Below, in pieces: positions 18,367 to 27,365 of a stretch of DNA of 57,503 nucleotides. Positions within the stretch are counted from its first letter, which is position 1. The number at the start of each line of letters is the position of its first letter. The notes under the pieces were generated by a model, which was not told the origin of the DNA, did no database searches, and was given only the letters and a program-made list of their open reading frames with translations. Position numbers and translations under genes: made by a program. Where the stretch lies: positions 1-57,503 of IMG/VR virus record IMGVR_UViG_3300042445_000578; one strand, 5' to 3'. Origin of the DNA: a virus (lineage: Duplodnaviria > Caudoviricetes).

Positions 18367-20993
18367 TATCTAGCCTTTAACAGTTCAATTTCTTTCTTAA
18401 GCTCAACAACTTGTTTTGCCAATTCAATAGCAGCTACTAGCGCGGCGTTACCGTATGCAAGTGATAATGTTTCATCACCTATAACAGTTTCGGGTAACAA
18501 CTTTTGCATATCTTGGGCTGATGCACCTGCCTGTCTTTCACCAGAATCAATACGAGTATACGTACCTGACTTGACCTTGGCAAGACGCTCAACAAAATCA
18601 GAACCTACGCTAGACCAATCTTTCTTTAAACGCTCATCTGAATAGGCTGTTACGTTACCGCCAGCAGTAAAGTTATTACTTGTATCTGTAGTAAACCGCA
18701 TGCCACCAACACTGTCATACAGACCTATTACATCATCGCTATCTCTACCAAAAAAGTAAACATTTCGTCCTGTAAAATTCCAAGTAATCGTTCTTTCTGA
18801 TCCTGCAGCATTTAGAGATAAACTTTGTATTGTATAGCTATTACCCGTGTTTAAAGCATTGGCTGTAGTAGCTGTAGTAGCGTTAGTAGCGTTAGTAGCG
18901 TTAGTAACGGCTGTTGATCCAATCTGACTAACAATGTCAGCTGCTGAAGCAATACTTACGGTATTAGCCGCACTACGGTTTAGCAAGCCATTTGTAGATA
19001 GAGCCGCCACAGAAGCCAACTGAAGACTATATGCCTGTACATCTGTACCAATTGTTAAACCTAAGTTAGTACGTGCATTGGTTGTGTTAGTTGCTCCAGT
19101 ACCACCATAAGCTACAGCAATTGCGTTAGCTGTCCAAGCACCCGTAGCAATCGTACCTACGCCCGTAATACCTGTATAAGAACCAGTTAGACGACCTGAT
19201 GGTAGCGTACCAGACGTAATATTAGATGCGTTAGCTGTATCTGTTGTTGCTGAAGGAGCTAAACCTGTAATATCCCCTGCTGCTGGCTGCGCCCAACTCG
19301 GTGCTAATCCAGCTGTGCCTGTACCAGTTTGGCTTAAGAACTTCTTAGTAGTTGTAGTGTTTGGTGTTACTTTATCTAGCTGTGTAGAGGTGTTTGCATA
19401 AAGCATTTCACCCTGCGTGTAACTAGAAATACCTGTACCACCATTTGTAGGGCCTAATGTACCTGAAATAGCTGCGGCTTGGTCAAGGGCAACAGCGTTC
19501 CACTCAACGTTAGTACCACCAGCATTAACCCTTAATGATTTGTACCCAGCACCTATTGCTAACTTAGACCATGTATTAGTGGCTGAACCATATAGCAAGT
19601 CACCTGTAGCAACTGTGTTAGCACCTGTACCACCTAATGTTGCTGGTACTGTAGTTAAGGATATAACCTGACCCGTAACGTTGATTGGGCTTGTGCCTGT
19701 ATAAGCAGCTGGCTGAGAGAAAAGTTCAAAATGAAGCGGAGTTGTACCTACTGTTACGGTGCCTACTTGTGAAAAAATCCAAGAAGAACCAATATTTGTA
19801 CTTCCAGAGGTTACGTAAACGTAGGCGTTTGTAGATATATTACCAGGGGTATAAGTATTAAAATCTGTTGCGCGTGTTAAAACCCATGGCGCACTACCGC
19901 TACCAGATTCGGTTACAACATATATACCGTTATATTGGGAGCTAACTTCATTTTTTATAAGAACACGTATGCCGTTATCTGTTGGAGATACAAGAGTTAC
20001 ACCGTCTATAACCAATGCTGCGTTAGCGTTTGCTGTAAGTGTTGCGCCAACTCCACTAGTACCATTGTTGTAAGTTGGAGAATTAGGTAGGGCGGCTGCT
20101 GTAGCATAAACAGCTGAGTCGTGAACAATAAAGCCAGTAGAAACCGCGCTATCAACGTATTGTTTTGTAGAAGCCTGTAAAGCAAGCGTAGGATCTGCGT
20201 TTAAAAGAACTGTTGAGCCAAAAGTAGCAGCACCATTAGATGTAAATGTGCCAGGTATCGCAACGTTGCCTTTAAAAGAAGTACTTAAATCCGAACCAAA
20301 TGTTACTACGGCACTGTTTACGTTCACACCACCAGCAAAAATTGTTACGTTATTTGTGGCTGAACCAACAAGCAATACGCCGCCATCGTTATATAGATAA
20401 CTTGAATTTGGAGAAAAAATTGGATACGCTGCTTCTGTATAGTTTGAGCTACAAATACCCATGTCAATAAAGTTATTTGTACCATCACCAATATCGTTAT
20501 AAGCAACAATATCTGTAGAGGCGTTAGAGGAATCGTTTAAGTTCTGTACATATAACTGAGCAAAACTAGGTTCATTAGCGTAAAACTCACCTAAAGACGC
20601 GCCAAAGCTTGTGTAAGTGGTAACGTTAGCACCAACAACTGTAATTGGGCCTTGACGTAGAACAGTGGTGCCATTGGCTTCTTCAAAGACAGCGCGCTCA
20701 GATGGGTAAGTAACAAACACATCTTTTGAACCAGCACTAAAGTTAACTAGCGCGCCAGCAGAAGAAGATGAGTAAACAGTATCTCGACTTAGTTGGTCAG
20801 GCGCTGTAAACGTACCTACACCAACTTCCCATTGGGATGTACCTTGGCCAGCAATACAGTAATACACCGTTGATCCCGTAGGGATGGCAGTGTTAAATGA
20901 TTGAAATCCAACAACCGCACCTAATAGCGTGGCTGTACCTGTGCTGGTTACACTTGTAACCTCTTTAACGCGGTCTTTTAGTACAAGAGCCAT
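18366..20993 (-). CDS. Long tail fibre with C-terminal intramolecular chaperone (peptidase S74-like)
   Basis: 875 aa; GGTG repeats; YSDERLKK..GASAQD...LLPE..LAYGN...A..EL coiled-coil end. Confidence 0.8.
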   Translation of the reverse strand: MALVLKDRVKEVTSVTSTGTATLLGAVVGFQSFNTAIPTGSTVYYCIAGQGTSQWEVGVGTFTAPDQLSRDTVYSSSSAGALVNFSAGSKDVFVTYPSERAVFEEANGTTVLRQGPITVVGANVTTYTSFGASLGEFYANEPSFAQLYVQNLNDSSNASTDIVAYNDIGDGTNNFIDMGICSSNYTEAAYPIFSPNSSYLYNDGGVLLVGSATNNVTIFAGGVNVNSAVVTFGSDLSTSFKGNVAIPGTFTSNGAATFGSTVLLNADPTLALQASTKQYVDSAVSTGFIVHDSAVYATAAALPNSPTYNNGTSGVGATLTANANAALVIDGVTLVSPTDNGIRVLIKNEVSSQYNGIYVVTESGSGSAPWVLTRATDFNTYTPGNISTNAYVYVTSGSTNIGSSWIFSQVGTVTVGTTPLHFELFSQPAAYTGTSPINVTGQVISLTTVPATLGGTGANTVATGDLLYGSATNTWSKLAIGAGYKSLRVNAGGTNVEWNAVALDQAAAISGTLGPTNGGTGISSYTQGEMLYANTSTQLDKVTPNTTTTKKFLSQTGTGTAGLAPSWAQPAAGDITGLAPSATTDTANASNITSGTLPSGRLTGSYTGITGVGTIATGAWTANAIAVAYGGTGATNTTNARTNLGLTIGTDVQAYSLQLASVAALSTNGLLNRSAANTVSIASAADIVSQIGSTAVTNATNATNATTATTANALNTGNSYTIQSLSLNAAGSERTITWNFTGRNVYFFGRDSDDVIGLYDSVGGMRFTTDTSNNFTAGGNVTAYSDERLKKDWSSVGSDFVERLAKVKSGTYTRIDSGERQAGASAQDMQKLLPETVIGDETLSLAYGNAALVAAIELAKQVVELKKEIELLKAR
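18862..18906. repeat. Short coding tandem repeat (GTAGCGTTA x3 plus degenerate copies)
   Basis: Encodes VTNATNATNATTATTA in the tail fibre. Confidence 0.7.
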
Positions 20994-21005
20994 GTCAGGC
21001 TCCTA

Positions 21006-21440
21006 TTAAGCGATGCGAATGATAGCTGTTGTGTTCGTAGCAGCTGGGAACTGAACAGTAAAATCACCGTCAGTAGATGTCTTGTCGCTACCAAAGTCCA
21101 ACACAGCAACCGCAGAATTACTTTGGCTGTTGTTGTAAATCAAAGCGCCACGAGCTGTGATTGTTGCTGAAGACCATGTAGTGTCTGCAAAGTCAATGTA
21201 AGCTGTTGTACCTGAGCCACCATTAGTCGGGGTTGTAGTCACCGATAAAGTGTTACCACCAGCACTGTAGTTACCAGTAGAGGCTACTTCACCAGAGGTT
21301 GTGTACGCAGTTGTGTTGGCATCTAAAGTTGCTGAGTTTGTATACAAAGCAATCTTAAACGTGTTAGCTGAAAAGTTTTGCAAGCCATTCAAAAGTTGAA
21401 TCTTGAAAGACGTTGGCATGTAGTTACCTGTAAAGGCCAT
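21006..21440 (-). CDS. Virion structural protein
   Basis: FKIALY, GEV...NY.AGG, TITARGALIYN, VLDFGSDKT motifs common in phage structural modules. Confidence 0.6.
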   Translation of the reverse strand: MAFTGNYMPTSFKIQLLNGLQNFSANTFKIALYTNSATLDANTTAYTTSGEVASTGNYSAGGNTLSVTTTPTNGGSGTTAYIDFADTTWSSATITARGALIYNNSQSNSAVAVLDFGSDKTSTDGDFTVQFPAATNTTAIIRIA

Positions 21441-21453
21441 TTTTTACTCCTAT

Positions 21454-22134
21454 TTATAACTTGTTGTACTGCAAACTGGTTTGTCCAGCGCGATAAGCAT
21501 CGTTTCTCTCTAAGCCATCGCCAAGACGCTTTAACTGCCCTAATGCTTCATTATACTTTGCTTCGATGTTAGCAATCATATCAGGTTCACCACGCATGTA
21601 AATATACGCTTCTCTTAATGCGCCGTAAAGTAATACTGGATCATAATTATCACCCAACCAACTAGTGCCAGCGGTAACAATTGATTCTGGATAGAAGAAG
21701 TAATGAAGCTCTATTGTCAAATTAGCATTTGGTGTTGGGCCGAGCATAAAAGACAATTCTGTAGGGTTAGCTGATCTAGGGCCAAACAAAGCATAGTATT
21801 TAGGGGTTCCAGTAGCTGTAGGAGCTGGATAAGCCTGGCGAATAAAGTTAACGTCTTTATTTAAAAGGTATTCATACTCACCGTTGGCTTGAATAACAGC
21901 CATAGAAAATACTGAAAGAAAATCCGTAGGGCAGGCTAGATATGTATTATTAGTAGTACAAACACCCGTCACGTTTTTACGCAAAGAAGGTAGTTGTACA
22001 CTGTTGTATATACGGTCTTCAGCCTGTTGAACAAACGTAGCTATCTGCTGGGCAGACGTCAAATTACCAGCCGAAGCTGGGAAATCGTTTTCAGCGTACG
22101 CTTGGATTCTAGCGGATAACTCTGTGTAATTCAT
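21454..22134 (-). CDS. Head-tail adaptor / tail tubular protein
   Basis: MNYTEL.., AEDRIY, GTPKYYA, LLYGAL.EA. Confidence 0.6.
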   Translation of the reverse strand: MNYTELSARIQAYAENDFPASAGNLTSAQQIATFVQQAEDRIYNSVQLPSLRKNVTGVCTTNNTYLACPTDFLSVFSMAVIQANGEYEYLLNKDVNFIRQAYPAPTATGTPKYYALFGPRSANPTELSFMLGPTPNANLTIELHYFFYPESIVTAGTSWLGDNYDPVLLYGALREAYIYMRGEPDMIANIEAKYNEALGQLKRLGDGLERNDAYRAGQTSLQYNKL

Positions 22135-22397
22135 TAGGCCATCGGTCCACGTGCTTTAGTGCCTTTAGTAGCGCAGCCAGTGCCACGAATCTTCATTTCG
22201 CCATGTTTATTAATAACATCATTGGTTTTTTTAGTATACCCACCAACAGACATATTAACTTGGTCAACACCATTACCTGGTTTAGTAACCACGTCTTTTA
22301 GGTTTTTCATCTTTTTACCATCCATAGTATGTGGCTCCGCATAAACTTTGGCAGGTCCTACTTCTTTCCCGCCTTTTTTCATTGAATATTTAGCCAT
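22134..22397 (-). CDS. Small basic protein
   Basis: C-terminal IRGTGCATKGTKARGPMA. Confidence 0.6.
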   Translation of the reverse strand: MAKYSMKKGGKEVGPAKVYAEPHTMDGKKMKNLKDVVTKPGNGVDQVNMSVGGYTKKTNDVINKHGEMKIRGTGCATKGTKARGPMA

Positions 22398-22399
22398 GA

Positions 22400-22591
22400 T
22401 TAGCCTCGTTTTTGAGCAGCAACTTTAGCCAGGCCACGACCCATAGTCTTCATATCAATGTTGCGTTTACCGCCACCTGAAGTTTTTGTGCCTTTTCCGT
22501 GCAAAGCTGCTACTGTAGGGCCTGAATCACCAAGGTTTTTACCTTTGGTTTTGCCCTGTTTAGTGATACCGTCTGCGCCTTTTTTAAACAT
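22400..22591 (-). CDS. Small basic protein
   Basis: ADGITKQGKTKGK motif; GGAG RBS. Confidence 0.55.
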   Translation of the reverse strand: MFKKGADGITKQGKTKGKNLGDSGPTVAALHGKGTKTSGGGKRNIDMKTMGRGLAKVAAQKRG

Positions 22592-22600
22592 GATTTACTC

Positions 22601-22990
22601 CTAATTAGTAATTACTGTTACTGTACCAAGTTGTACACTTGCAATCAAGTTATTTGGCGTTAATTCCGTATCAAACAGCCTTGATCCACCTACAGGGTTC
22701 CAACCCCACTGAAAAATTCTACTACCACCCGATGGGTCACCTTCTGCACCTACTCCAGATACTTGATAACTGGTATCAGGTCTAGGATTTCTTAAAGCCT
22801 GAGGGTCATCAACTGGATACATACCTAAAGATAGCTGAGGCTGATCTGGCTCCCAACATTCAGGACAAACAAGAATATTCTTTACCTGCTGTTTAATAAC
22901 CAATTTTTTTAGTTGCTTAAGCTTATATCTTTGACCACAGCGGTCACATTCTGCAATCGCATACTTACCAGATGCAAAACGATTAGGCAT
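22601..22990 (-). CDS. Zinc-finger phage protein
   Basis: CDRCG...VCPEC.EPDQPQ, DPQALRNPRPD. Confidence 0.6.
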   Translation of the reverse strand: MPNRFASGKYAIAECDRCGQRYKLKQLKKLVIKQQVKNILVCPECWEPDQPQLSLGMYPVDDPQALRNPRPDTSYQVSGVGAEGDPSGGSRIFQWGWNPVGGSRLFDTELTPNNLIASVQLGTVTVITN

Positions 22991-23927
22991 AGAATAAGTT
23001 CCTTGGCACAAAACGAATTGGAGCTTTTTCCCTGTCTTCGTCTGCGGCTAAAGTAAATTGTTGCTCATAGTCTGTTTTGAGCATCAATACACGGTCTGGA
23101 GACACTTCAGGCTTCTTCATAGAAATGTAGTAAGCCAAACCAGCTACCATGCAAGGAATAAATCTAAATGGAATATCCTGATCAGTAACGCCTGTTCCAG
23201 CATCCTGAACCCTGCGCATACGCCAGTAAACGAATGTATATCCACCGCCTGCATTAGGGGATGGCCATACGTTAATAGATGGTACGTTAGAGATAGTCAC
23301 AATAGCACCAGCCGTATGTGCTGCTGGAATAGTGCCTTGTTGACCACGACCTAGGTTAGTCAACACGCCAGATGTTCCAGCCGTGCTGTTTAATGTCAAA
23401 GTGTTATAACTGATCAACTCATTATCCAGCTTGATAAAACCCGCAGCTGGTAACACTGTTACATCAGATAAGCTGATTGAACTGTCTGTGGCTGTAATAG
23501 TTGTAGACAGGGTTGAAGCTGTTACGCTTGATTGACCTGATTGACGGTTAATCCATACTTGGATAGGGCGGCCAGTAGTCAACTTATTTGGAATAGTTGA
23601 GTAAGTAGACTCGCTAATACGGCTGATATTGATGTCAATCTGGTTAGATGAACTACCGCTATTTTGACGTATAACCTGGTCTAGAAGGTCAATCGTGTTG
23701 TTAGGTAGGGCATAGATAGCCTGACCCGTATTCATCGTAATCTGGCCCTGTTCTACGGTCCACAAATTGATGCCACGGTTAGCCCACTCTACAGTAAGTA
23801 GGTTTAATGATCGTCTGGCCGTTTTAAAGTCGTAACCAGTACGTAGTTCAAGACCACAACGCTCAAACGCCTCTTCGATTAAATCGTTTAGGTCTAGATT
23901 AAATGCTGTGGTTCCTGATGTTGTCAT
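22983..23927 (-). CDS. Tail tubular protein A-like / adaptor
   Basis: IEEAFERCG, SLNLL..EWANRG.NLW, GLAYY; synteny. Confidence 0.6.
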   Translation of the reverse strand: MTTSGTTAFNLDLNDLIEEAFERCGLELRTGYDFKTARRSLNLLTVEWANRGINLWTVEQGQITMNTGQAIYALPNNTIDLLDQVIRQNSGSSSNQIDINISRISESTYSTIPNKLTTGRPIQVWINRQSGQSSVTASTLSTTITATDSSISLSDVTVLPAAGFIKLDNELISYNTLTLNSTAGTSGVLTNLGRGQQGTIPAAHTAGAIVTISNVPSINVWPSPNAGGGYTFVYWRMRRVQDAGTGVTDQDIPFRFIPCMVAGLAYYISMKKPEVSPDRVLMLKTDYEQQFTLAADEDREKAPIRFVPRNLFYA

Positions 23928-24172
23928 TTCTTAGCTGTCCTTGCTGACTTAATAAAGTCTGCTTTAGTTGGTGCGCCTTTGGCACCTGGTTTTCTCATTT
24001 TCTCACCAGATCCCTCAGCTATGCGTTTTTTCTTCGCATGGATATTGGCATATAGGCCAACCTTGCCACCTTCAGCAAATTGCGTAAAGTCGGTGTCATC
24101 ACGTCTGGCTTTCTTTTTACCGCCAGGCATCTTGCTTGTCATTACAGCGCCCATACCACGAGAAGGTCTCAT
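23924..24172 (-). CDS. Small basic protein
   Basis: MRPSRGMG.., FAEGG, GLYANIHAKKKR. Confidence 0.55.
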   Translation of the reverse strand: MRPSRGMGAVMTSKMPGGKKKARRDDTDFTQFAEGGKVGLYANIHAKKKRIAEGSGEKMRKPGAKGAPTKADFIKSARTAKK

Positions 24173-24522
24173 GCTTTTGTCTTTCCACGAATTGCGCAAC
24201 CATCTGCGCGTGATGAAGCGGATTTAACTTTACCGCCGCTTTTCAATGCTTTGTAACCTTCCATGCCACCAAAAGGTTTGCTAACAGTAGAACGATATTC
24301 ATTCATAGCAGCTGCGGCTTTTTGTTCTTTAGCCATTGCAGCTTGAGCCTGGGCTTCTCTTTCAGCAGCTTCTCTAACTTTGGCTTCATCTTTTTCTTGG
24401 GCGTTACTGGCAATCATTCTTGAGCCAATACCCAACAAACCTTTGTCAGCCATTTTACCAAATGCCCCCTTGCCAGAAATTACTCCAGCAGCTGGGCTAA
24501 TGTCACCTAGCTTAAGTCCCAT
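24169..24522 (-). CDS. Small basic protein
   Basis: KSGGKV..RADGCAIRGKTKA. Confidence 0.55.
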   Translation of the reverse strand: MGLKLGDISPAAGVISGKGAFGKMADKGLLGIGSRMIASNAQEKDEAKVREAAEREAQAQAAMAKEQKAAAAMNEYRSTVSKPFGGMEGYKALKSGGKVKSASSRADGCAIRGKTKA

Positions 24523-24524
24523 AA

Positions 24525-24815
24525 TTACACCATTCTTCCTTTGGTTTTGCCACGAATTGCACAGCCATCAGCCTTTTTCACATAGCCACCTTTACGGAAA
24601 CCAGCGTTCTGATAAGCCTCGCCTTCACGAGCAGACTCTGAAACAGAATCACGCATCTTCTTGCCAGCCTTTTGATCATCACGTGCTGATTTAGCCATGG
24701 TTGTTGAAATCTTAGATAGAAAGTCTTTTTCACCTTCAATGCCACGAACCATAAGTTCACGTGACTTATCTAGTTTCTCAACCTCTTTAACTGATGGTTT
24801 GCGATAGTTAGCCAT
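24525..24815 (-). CDS. Small basic protein
   Basis: FRKGGYVKKADGCAIRGKTKG. Confidence 0.55.
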   Translation of the reverse strand: MANYRKPSVKEVEKLDKSRELMVRGIEGEKDFLSKISTTMAKSARDDQKAGKKMRDSVSESAREGEAYQNAGFRKGGYVKKADGCAIRGKTKGRMV

Positions 24816-24817
24816 AA

Positions 24818-25258
24818 TTAGCACTTACCGCCGTAAGCCATTTTAACCATTTTGCCTTTTGTATGACCTTTAGATACGCAACCGTCTGCACGTGTTACGC
24901 CACCTTTAGCCATTTTGTGCATGCGCTTCTCATGACCTTTTACAGCCTTTTCAGCTTCTGCTTTCATCATTGGTTTGTCTTTTGCCATATCTGAATGTTT
25001 CATATCACCACCTTTGGAAAAACCTCTAAATTTAGTAAGGCTCGCATTTGGCATTTGTAACATGCCAGCACGAGTTTTTGTCTTGTTAATACCAGCTCTC
25101 ATAGGGTTGGTTGTGCCACCCTTACGGAACTTCTTGCCTTTGTCAGCATCCATAAACTCTTCTCCTACTGTTTTTGGAACGCCTACCTTTTTGGCAAACT
25201 TTGGGTTATTAGCCACAGCAGCCATAAAATTGTGTTGCTTTTTACTAGTTGATGGCAC
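24818..25258 (-). CDS. Small basic protein
   Basis: MPSTSKKQHNFM.., MAKGGVTRADGCVSKGHTKG. Confidence 0.6.
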   Translation of the reverse strand: MPSTSKKQHNFMAAVANNPKFAKKVGVPKTVGEEFMDADKGKKFRKGGTTNPMRAGINKTKTRAGMLQMPNASLTKFRGFSKGGDMKHSDMAKDKPMMKAEAEKAVKGHEKRMHKMAKGGVTRADGCVSKGHTKGKMVKMAYGGKC

Positions 25259-25493
25259 TTCGTTGTCCTTTTATAAAGTCGTCCAACTTAGCTTCCATGC
25301 GATCTATTCTATCTAAAACACGGTTGATGTCGTTATGAACATCTGCCTTGGTCACGTACTCCTTAGCAATTTCTTCACGAGTTCTGTTTAAGAGAATTTG
25401 AATACGGTTTAACTCAATTGACTTTTCTTTTAAAAAGAACGCCAACATACCCAATAGGGTTGTCAGCACTAAGTTCCAGATTAACATTTCCAT
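25245..25493 (-). CDS. Membrane-anchored coiled-coil protein
   Basis: N-terminal TM; REEIAKEYVTK..RIDRME.KLD. Confidence 0.55.
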   Translation of the reverse strand: MEMLIWNLVLTTLLGMLAFFLKEKSIELNRIQILLNRTREEIAKEYVTKADVHNDINRVLDRIDRMEAKLDDFIKGQRSAIN

Positions 25494-25738
25494 CGTTTTA
25501 GACTCGCTGCTTTACGAGTAGGTTGACCCTTCTCATCCTTCATTGGACCAGGCATACCAGACATACGCGCGCAAAATGACTTCTTACGTGCGCCACCTTC
25601 TGGCTGTGGAGCCTTTAAGTTTGATCCAGTAGCTTTGTTGTATTTAGCACGGCCTTTAGCAGTAAGACCAGCCCCTTTTGAGACTGGTAACTTCTCACCA
25701 CGACCTATAGCTAGAGATACACCCTTTTTCTTAGCCAT
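25481..25738 (-). CDS. Small basic phage protein
   Basis: GLTAKGRA.YN..TGSNLKAP, RKKSFCARM, SLKRWKC. Confidence 0.6.
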   Translation of the reverse strand: MAKKKGVSLAIGRGEKLPVSKGAGLTAKGRAKYNKATGSNLKAPQPEGGARKKSFCARMSGMPGPMKDEKGQPTRKAASLKRWKC

Positions 25739-26021
25739 AAAACGTTGTTACCGCTGCGTTAGCTGGTAATACTACATATACACCAAGATCAAAACGAATA
25801 CCTTCACCTGGTATCAATGTAGAAATAACAGCGGTATTTGTAGTAACATTTAATGTTAAACGTTCTGTGCCAGTAGCGGAATTAGCTGAGGTATCCCAAA
25901 ACTGAATCTCACCAGCCGTTCCACCAGAAGCTACTTGATAGCCTTTAATTCGAACGGGACCAGTAATAATTTTAGCACTTGCATCTGTGTGTGCTGCTTT
26001 TACGTCATATTGCATTGCCAT
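25731..26021 (-). CDS. Virion structural protein
   Basis: IPGEGIRF..GVY; AGGAG RBS. Confidence 0.55.
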   Translation of the reverse strand: MAMQYDVKAAHTDASAKIITGPVRIKGYQVASGGTAGEIQFWDTSANSATGTERLTLNVTTNTAVISTLIPGEGIRFDLGVYVVLPANAAVTTFYG

Positions 26022-26066
26022 AATTAATCTCCTAAATTGTAAGCGGGGCCAAAGCCCCTAGATTAA

Positions 26067-26522
26067 TTAAGCTGTTAAGTTATTAGCTTGCAAGTAAATA
26101 ACAGTCACAGTAGCTGCACCGTTAGCGCCGTTTCCATCAGTAGCAGTGAAATATGCGTTAACTTGGATGTCTGTTGAACCAACATCTGTACCAACAGTTT
26201 CAATTGTGCCACGAGTTGTAGCTAATGATTTAACTGAAGTTGATGGAACAAAAGCATTTGTGTTGCCAGTGATACCAACGGTAACCGCCGCTGCGTTTGA
26301 GTCATCGTTAACCGTAGTTACGTTTAGGATGCAATCAACGATTTGTGAGTTAGCTGGGATTGTAGCTACAACAGTGTTAGCAGATGCGCCAATAATGTCA
26401 ATAACAGCTGATTGGGCCATTAGAACTTGACCGATGTTACGTACGTTTGTACCAACAGTAGTACCAGTTGTGTTAGGGATGTTACCAGCGCGAATTGGGC
26501 CGCTGAATGTAGTATTAGCCAT
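26067..26522 (-). CDS. Probable capsid decoration / minor head protein
   Basis: MANTTFSGPIRAG, TIPANSQIVD; downstream of the capsid gene. Confidence 0.55.
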   Translation of the reverse strand: MANTTFSGPIRAGNIPNTTGTTVGTNVRNIGQVLMAQSAVIDIIGASANTVVATIPANSQIVDCILNVTTVNDDSNAAAVTVGITGNTNAFVPSTSVKSLATTRGTIETVGTDVGSTDIQVNAYFTATDGNGANGAATVTVIYLQANNLTA

Positions 26523-26635
26523 TTTGAGTCCTTATATACAAGTTAGCCTATTAGTCGGTATATCGTCTGCTGGGGCAGTCTAATAAGCTGGTTTCCCAGT
26601 TTCAGTAATCTTACTCTAATTTTAAGAAGTTGCAA
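26523..26635 (-). promoter_or_regulatory. Sigma70-type promoter plus structured 5' leader
   Basis: TTGCAA (26635-26630)-N16-TAAGAT (26613-26608); leader with a 10-bp stem, inner hairpin and two possible pseudoknot pairings ending at the AAGGA RBS. Confidence 0.5.
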
Positions 26636-27302
26636 CTATTTTAAAGAACATTTGCGTTTGATTTTGCGTAGGACCATAAGGATCGCAGAAGTTACCCAAA
26701 TGACCTGACATCATGTACATGTTAAGCATCATTCTTAGTTCTACAAAGTCGCTATCGTCAAAACACAAAACAGCGCCATTGTTAGCATACTTAATAACAT
26801 TCTGTAAGTCTTGTTCTGCCACATCTAACCCATGGCCGCCGTCAATAATATAGCCAGTTAGGCTCTTGTTGGACTGCAATACTTCTGGTAATACAACTGT
26901 TGAGTCACCTTTAACTAGTGTAATTCTGTCTTCAAATATAGTTTTTAGGTACTGAAAACATGGTTCTGTGTATTGATGTTCGCATATATCAACACATGTA
27001 AGTTTTAGTTCTGGGTTAGCCGTTAGCATTAGTAGCGCACTAAATCCTGAGTTAAAGCCAATCTCAACAATCTCTTTATGGGCCATAGCAAATATAGCTA
27101 AAGCGGCGCGTTTAGGAAAAAACTTCTCTACTAGCTGGCTTCGATGTGGGTCTAAATGCTCGTAGAAAATGTTGCCCTCTAGTGGCTCACCTACGTCATT
27201 AATAATTTTGTTTAGTGTTTTTAAATTGTGATCGTACTGTGTAAACAGTGGTTCTTTTTCTGCTAGAAATATTGGAATTAAACTTGCGTTTGGGAAGTTC
27301 AT
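26622..27302 (-). CDS. Class I SAM-dependent methyltransferase
   Basis: VEIGFNSGFSA motif I, VDI, GDS, IIDGGH, CFDD. Confidence 0.8.
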   Translation of the reverse strand: MNFPNASLIPIFLAEKEPLFTQYDHNLKTLNKIINDVGEPLEGNIFYEHLDPHRSQLVEKFFPKRAALAIFAMAHKEIVEIGFNSGFSALLMLTANPELKLTCVDICEHQYTEPCFQYLKTIFEDRITLVKGDSTVVLPEVLQSNKSLTGYIIDGGHGLDVAEQDLQNVIKYANNGAVLCFDDSDFVELRMMLNMYMMSGHLGNFCDPYGPTQNQTQMFFKIVATS

Positions 27303-27318
27303 GTAATTCTCCTGAAAT

Positions 27319-27347
27319 AAAAAAGGGGTCCGAAGACCCCTCTTTTT
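27319..27347 (-). terminator. Rho-independent terminator after the major capsid gene (possibly bidirectional)
   Basis: AGGGGTC-TTCG-GACCCCT (cUUCGg loop on minus strand) with T-tracts on both sides. Confidence 0.8.
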
Positions 27348-27365
27348 ACCACAAAGTGCAAGCTA

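Noticed and set aside
12805-20993. Diversity-generating retroelement or invertible tail-fibre switch
   Set aside because: No reverse transcriptase, template/variable repeat pair or invertase seen
26045-26058. Hairpin GGGGC-TTTG-GCCCC after the decoration gene
   Set aside because: No U-tract, so not called a terminator; may be an mRNA-stabilising stem
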